NCBI GenBank assembly: GCA_965240325.2
Contig: OZ251230.1
Location: 1,798,001 to 1,862,000 of the forward strand
Length of the DNA stretch: 64,000 nt
Direction: 5' to 3'
Origin: Rebecca billardiae RCC1528
Lineage: Eukaryota > Protista > Haptophyta
Below, in pieces: positions 60,508-64,000 of the stretch. The notes under the pieces were generated by a model. It was not told the origin of the DNA. It ran no database searches and worked only from the letters and a program-made list of their open reading frames with translations. Position 1 is the first letter of the stretch, and each line of letters begins with the position of its first letter. Made by a program: the position numbers and the translations under genes.

Positions 60508-61331
60508 CTAGCGGCGAGACACGACACGCAGGTGGGCATTGACCTTGTTGCGCTCGGCGTCCTTGTGCATCTCGTCGCGGGCCTTCACCGCGCCGCCCAG
60601 CCGCTTGGAGGCGTCCACGAGCTCGGCGGCCAGCTTGGCTGTCATGGATTGCGCCTTTGAACGCTTGCGCGCCGCCGCCACGATGGCCTTCATCGCGAGC
60701 CCCTCGCCACGCCTCGGCGGCACTGGGACGGGCACCCGCAGCGACTGGCCGCCTGACGCGTGCAGGCTGCGAAGCTCGAGGAGCGGCGTCGCGTTCTCGA
60801 CGGCGAGCGCGAGGACCGAGCCGGGCGGGTACCCAGTCTGCTGGCCGACTGTTCGTAGCGCTTCGAAGAGGATGCGCTCCGACACCGACCGCTTGCCGTC
60901 GCGCATCATGAGCTTGGCCATGCGCTCCTGTATCGCCGGCGGCCGGCGGCGGAAGGACGAGGTTGGCGAGTAGAAGGGAAAGGCGCCGACGACCGCTGTG
61001 GACGATCGGAGCTTCTCCTCGCGCTGGCGGTGCTCCTCCTGGACCATCTCCGGGAGGGCCTTCACGTCGAACACCGGGATGGCCATCTGCGCGACAGCCT
61101 CATCCAGTTTCTCTGCTCCCGCGGCAAGCGGCGCAGAGTGTGGGGCAGAGCAGGTGCCAGTGTGAGGATGCGCGGGGAGCGACGCCGCACGGAGCAGGGC
61201 TGCAGCGTACCCGCACTCTTCCTGTGCCGCCGGCTGAAGCGCGCGAGCGTGCGCGCCGGTGGGGCGAGGGGCGCCCTCGGCGCGTGCCAGCAGGACGAGC
61301 GAGCTGCGCGTAGCATCAGGGTCGCCATCAT
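60508..61331 (-). CDS. MRPS7: Nucleus-encoded mitochondrial ribosomal protein uS7 (intron 61113-61210)
   Basis: Arg-rich presequence exon; LMMRDGKRSVSERI, ENATPLLE, GGQSLRVPVPV, KLAAELVDA, DEMHKDAERNKVNAH. Confidence 0.88.
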
Positions 61332-62026
61332 CGCGCGCGGTCGTCGCGCCGAGACTTTCGAGTCCGGCCAGCAGCTCCTCCACTTGAGCCGGAACGGTTT
61401 AGTGATCATCACTGATCAAGTGATCAAGGGGTCGTCCGGAATCCGGATGCACTCAGTGGTTTGAGGTTGGGTGAGGGTGGTGGTTGGTTGGGGCAAGGGC
61501 GGTAGTTGGGGGCTGGCCAGGGTAGCTGGAGGCTTCGGCCGCCAGCCTGATCACCCGGAGCCCGTTATAAAGGGGAATTAAAAAATTTTAAAGTTTGAAT
61601 TGTACGTATAATAAGTTCACTGTCAGACTTGTACATAATCCGAATCGTAGTTGTTCGTCAATCATCATTCCATCAACTAGCTAGTAGCTTATAATCAAGT
61701 CGCTGACTCAAGACGAGACTAGCTGCTCCTCAGCCCGCCGGTGCCACCAGGCAGGCGATGCTGTCAAGTGTCATAATGCTCCTCCCGCCTCCAGACTCCC
61801 GAGAGCCTCGATACTCCTCCTGGAGGCTGGACTACGTCTACTGCCGACGATCCGGGACCGACTTATAAATAATTAGCCGCGTCTAAGACGACGACTGAAT
61901 ACTGCTACTGTCCGTAACTAGTTAGAACTGGACGGCGCCAGTTACCTTGGTACTCTGTCTCTTGCCAGCTGCGTCCGAGACGGCGGCAGAGTCGGCCGAG
62001 ACGCGGACCACTCGGACGCCAGACCG

Positions 62027-62057
<31 letters not shown>
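62027..62057. repeat. Poly-G tract
   Basis: About 30 consecutive G. Confidence 0.9.
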
Positions 62058-62060
<3 letters not shown>

Positions 62061-62340
62061 ACGCCAGACCCGAGACCGGCAGACGGCGTGCGGGCTGAGG
62101 CTCGGGGCTGTCACGCCGCCCGTATCTGGCCTCTGGGCCCGAATCGGCCCGTCGGTGGCGTCGGTCCGCTTACCGAAAACTGTGTTCGTCGATGTAGTAT
62201 GCTTAGCCGGAAAGCCGGCGCCAGCGCTGATGCCACGGTGCCGCCCGGTGCCGCATGCCCATGCACGTGCTGTCATTGGCCGCCGGTGCTCGAGATCCCC
62301 ATTGTCAGCGCACGCGCTCGAGCGGTCGTCAGCGCCGCCG

Positions 62341-63321
62341 TCATCGTGATCGGCTCAGTCGAGCTCGACCTGCGGTGCGGTTCCGGATGCCCACGACTGA
62401 CGCCTTCCTACCGTTGCGGAGCATGTCGCGCAACTCCCGTGGCACGCCTGGCGCTTGCAGCGCCTCCTTCACTCGGTGGAAGTTGTAGATCTTCTTGTAG
62501 TGCGCCGGCGGCGGCGCGCGCGTCCCCGCCTCCGCCTGCAGCACGGCCGCGATCGCCTCGGCCGGCAGGTCAAAGCCCCACTCTTTGAGGACCGCCTGAA
62601 ACAGCCGCGCGCACCTCGGCACCGCGGTGCGGTCGTGCGTGAACTCGGCGAGCTCCTCGAGCGTGGAGACACGCGGCGAGATTTGCAGGCCGACGCTGGC
62701 CAGCTGATCGCGCTGGCGCAGCGCGTGCCGCCGTATGCTCTCGAGCTTGCGCACGATCGTGCGCGGCTCGAGCCTCACGAGGAGCCGGCCGGCCGCGGCA
62801 ATGTCCTTCTCGTGCTCGCGGCGTTTGAAGCACAGGCTCGACGCGGTGCCGTTGCTGAACACGGGAATACCCACCTCCTTCGGCTGGAAGCAGTCGTTCA
62901 CGCCGCAGATCAAGAAGTCCAGCGCGTTCGCGCGATACGCAAACACGAGCCGAACGCCCGCGCGCTTGAACGCCTGCACCATCGGCGCAGTGCGCACCCG
63001 AGGGAGGTCGGCCTTGAAGACGAGCGCCCGGCCCCTGCCGACAGCCCGCGCGTTCAGAGCGAGAAACGCGCCGGCCTCGCCCAGCTCGGGTGTGTACAGC
63101 GGGTTCTTATCCGCTTTCAGAATCTCGTTGAGCGACTTTTCAACGCGCACGCTCGTCGTGTTCACGATGATCCGTTTCAGCGTCGACAGGACCCAGGTGG
63201 AGCCCGAGCAGTACATCATCGCCACGGCACGCGGCACGTTATCGGGCTCATCTGCCACGCCGCCGCGCGCCAACACGCCGAGGACGAGCACCAGCGTGAT
63301 GACGGCCGTTCCGCGCGGCAT
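62341..63321 (-). CDS. Secreted sulfotransferase-like (Stf0-type P-loop) protein
   Basis: Signal peptide; MYCSGSTWV (cf. RSGSTWL); VFAYRANALD (cf. LxRxNxL); TLEELA. Confidence 0.55.
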   Translation of the reverse strand: MPRGTAVITLVLVLGVLARGGVADEPDNVPRAVAMMYCSGSTWVLSTLKRIIVNTTSVRVEKSLNEILKADKNPLYTPELGEAGAFLALNARAVGRGRALVFKADLPRVRTAPMVQAFKRAGVRLVFAYRANALDFLICGVNDCFQPKEVGIPVFSNGTASSLCFKRREHEKDIAAAGRLLVRLEPRTIVRKLESIRRHALRQRDQLASVGLQISPRVSTLEELAEFTHDRTAVPRCARLFQAVLKEWGFDLPAEAIAAVLQAEAGTRAPPPAHYKKIYNFHRVKEALQAPGVPRELRDMLRNGRKASVVGIRNRTAGRARLSRSR

Positions 63322-64000
63322 CCTCGACGTCCGACAGGCGACAGCCGGAAAACTTTTCGCAAATCGCAAGCACAGTCGGCGAATTCCTCGCAAAATTGAT
63401 CTGCAATTGATGACATCATCAATTGACAGCTCGTCTGTGCCGGGCAGGCGCGCGGGTGTATGGCCTATGGGACAGTGACTGACTGTCCCCGCGGTCCCCG
63501 GGAGCCGAGGGCCCGAGGGCATTTCGCTGCCCCCGGGCCCGCGGCACGTCGGCCGCGAGCCGCCTCCCGGGTCGGGCTCCGCGGGCGCGGCGCGGGCCGC
63601 CCGCGGATGACGACGCGCAGCACGGCGCTCGGCTGAGCTGAGTCAGCTGAGCTAATCCTGATTCGTCTGTCGTGGTACTGGCCGAAGCTTGAGGCAGTGG
63701 TGGTGTGAGCACGTTGACGGCTGGTGGCCAGGGTTGTTGTTGTTGTCGTATGTGGTGAGAGTGCCGCGCTATTCCCCGGTAAGGCGGTTGGATTGCTCAC
63801 TGATTGCTGACAGACGCACGCCGCGGGCGCGGGCCCGTAGACGCAGTAGTTCGTCGGCAACCACACTAAGTCAGTTTTTGGCCCGGGGCGGGCCCGGGGG
63901 CAGCGCGAGCCGGACGGCCGGACGCGGCCCACGCAGAGCGGCCACGGCCCGGCGGCGCTGCTCGCCGCAGGCGGAGGCGTCACAGACAGTCGAAGACAGT

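Overview
Very GC-rich eukaryotic nuclear DNA with short GT-AG introns and microsatellites. The style is consistent with a high-GC alga or protist such as a haptophyte, which is an inference. About 18 host genes are recognisable: an MFS transporter, a TMEM254-like gene, DUF3431, a two-lobed retropepsin-like protease, two GT32 paralogues, Oxa1/Cox18-TPR, an FAD monooxygenase, a GT47-like/sulfotransferase chimera, a class III ADH, an NCKX-type exchanger with an internal PH domain, two inverted fucosyltransferase-like copies, MDM35, a myosin, GID8, a peptidase S51-like gene, mitochondrial rpS7 and a sulfotransferase-like gene. The dominant unexplained structure is a set of 11 non-autonomous elements in two families (A: 9 copies, B: 2 copies), covering about 17 kb or 27% of the window. 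They share one architecture: A^TG start, a 5' fold-back, an 11-12 bp terminal motif whose reverse complement lies about 44-48 nt inside the 3' end (about 235 nt in A1, which has an insertion), and a perfect 7-bp GNA-triloop hairpin followed by A^T. This resembles Helitron2/Helentron rolling-circle elements but uses A^T targets. The copies are nested, form a seamless head-to-tail junction, swap 5' ends, and one carries an HTH plus ubiquitin-specific protease remnant. No autonomous Rep-helicase, rRNA, tRNA or CRISPR array was seen.
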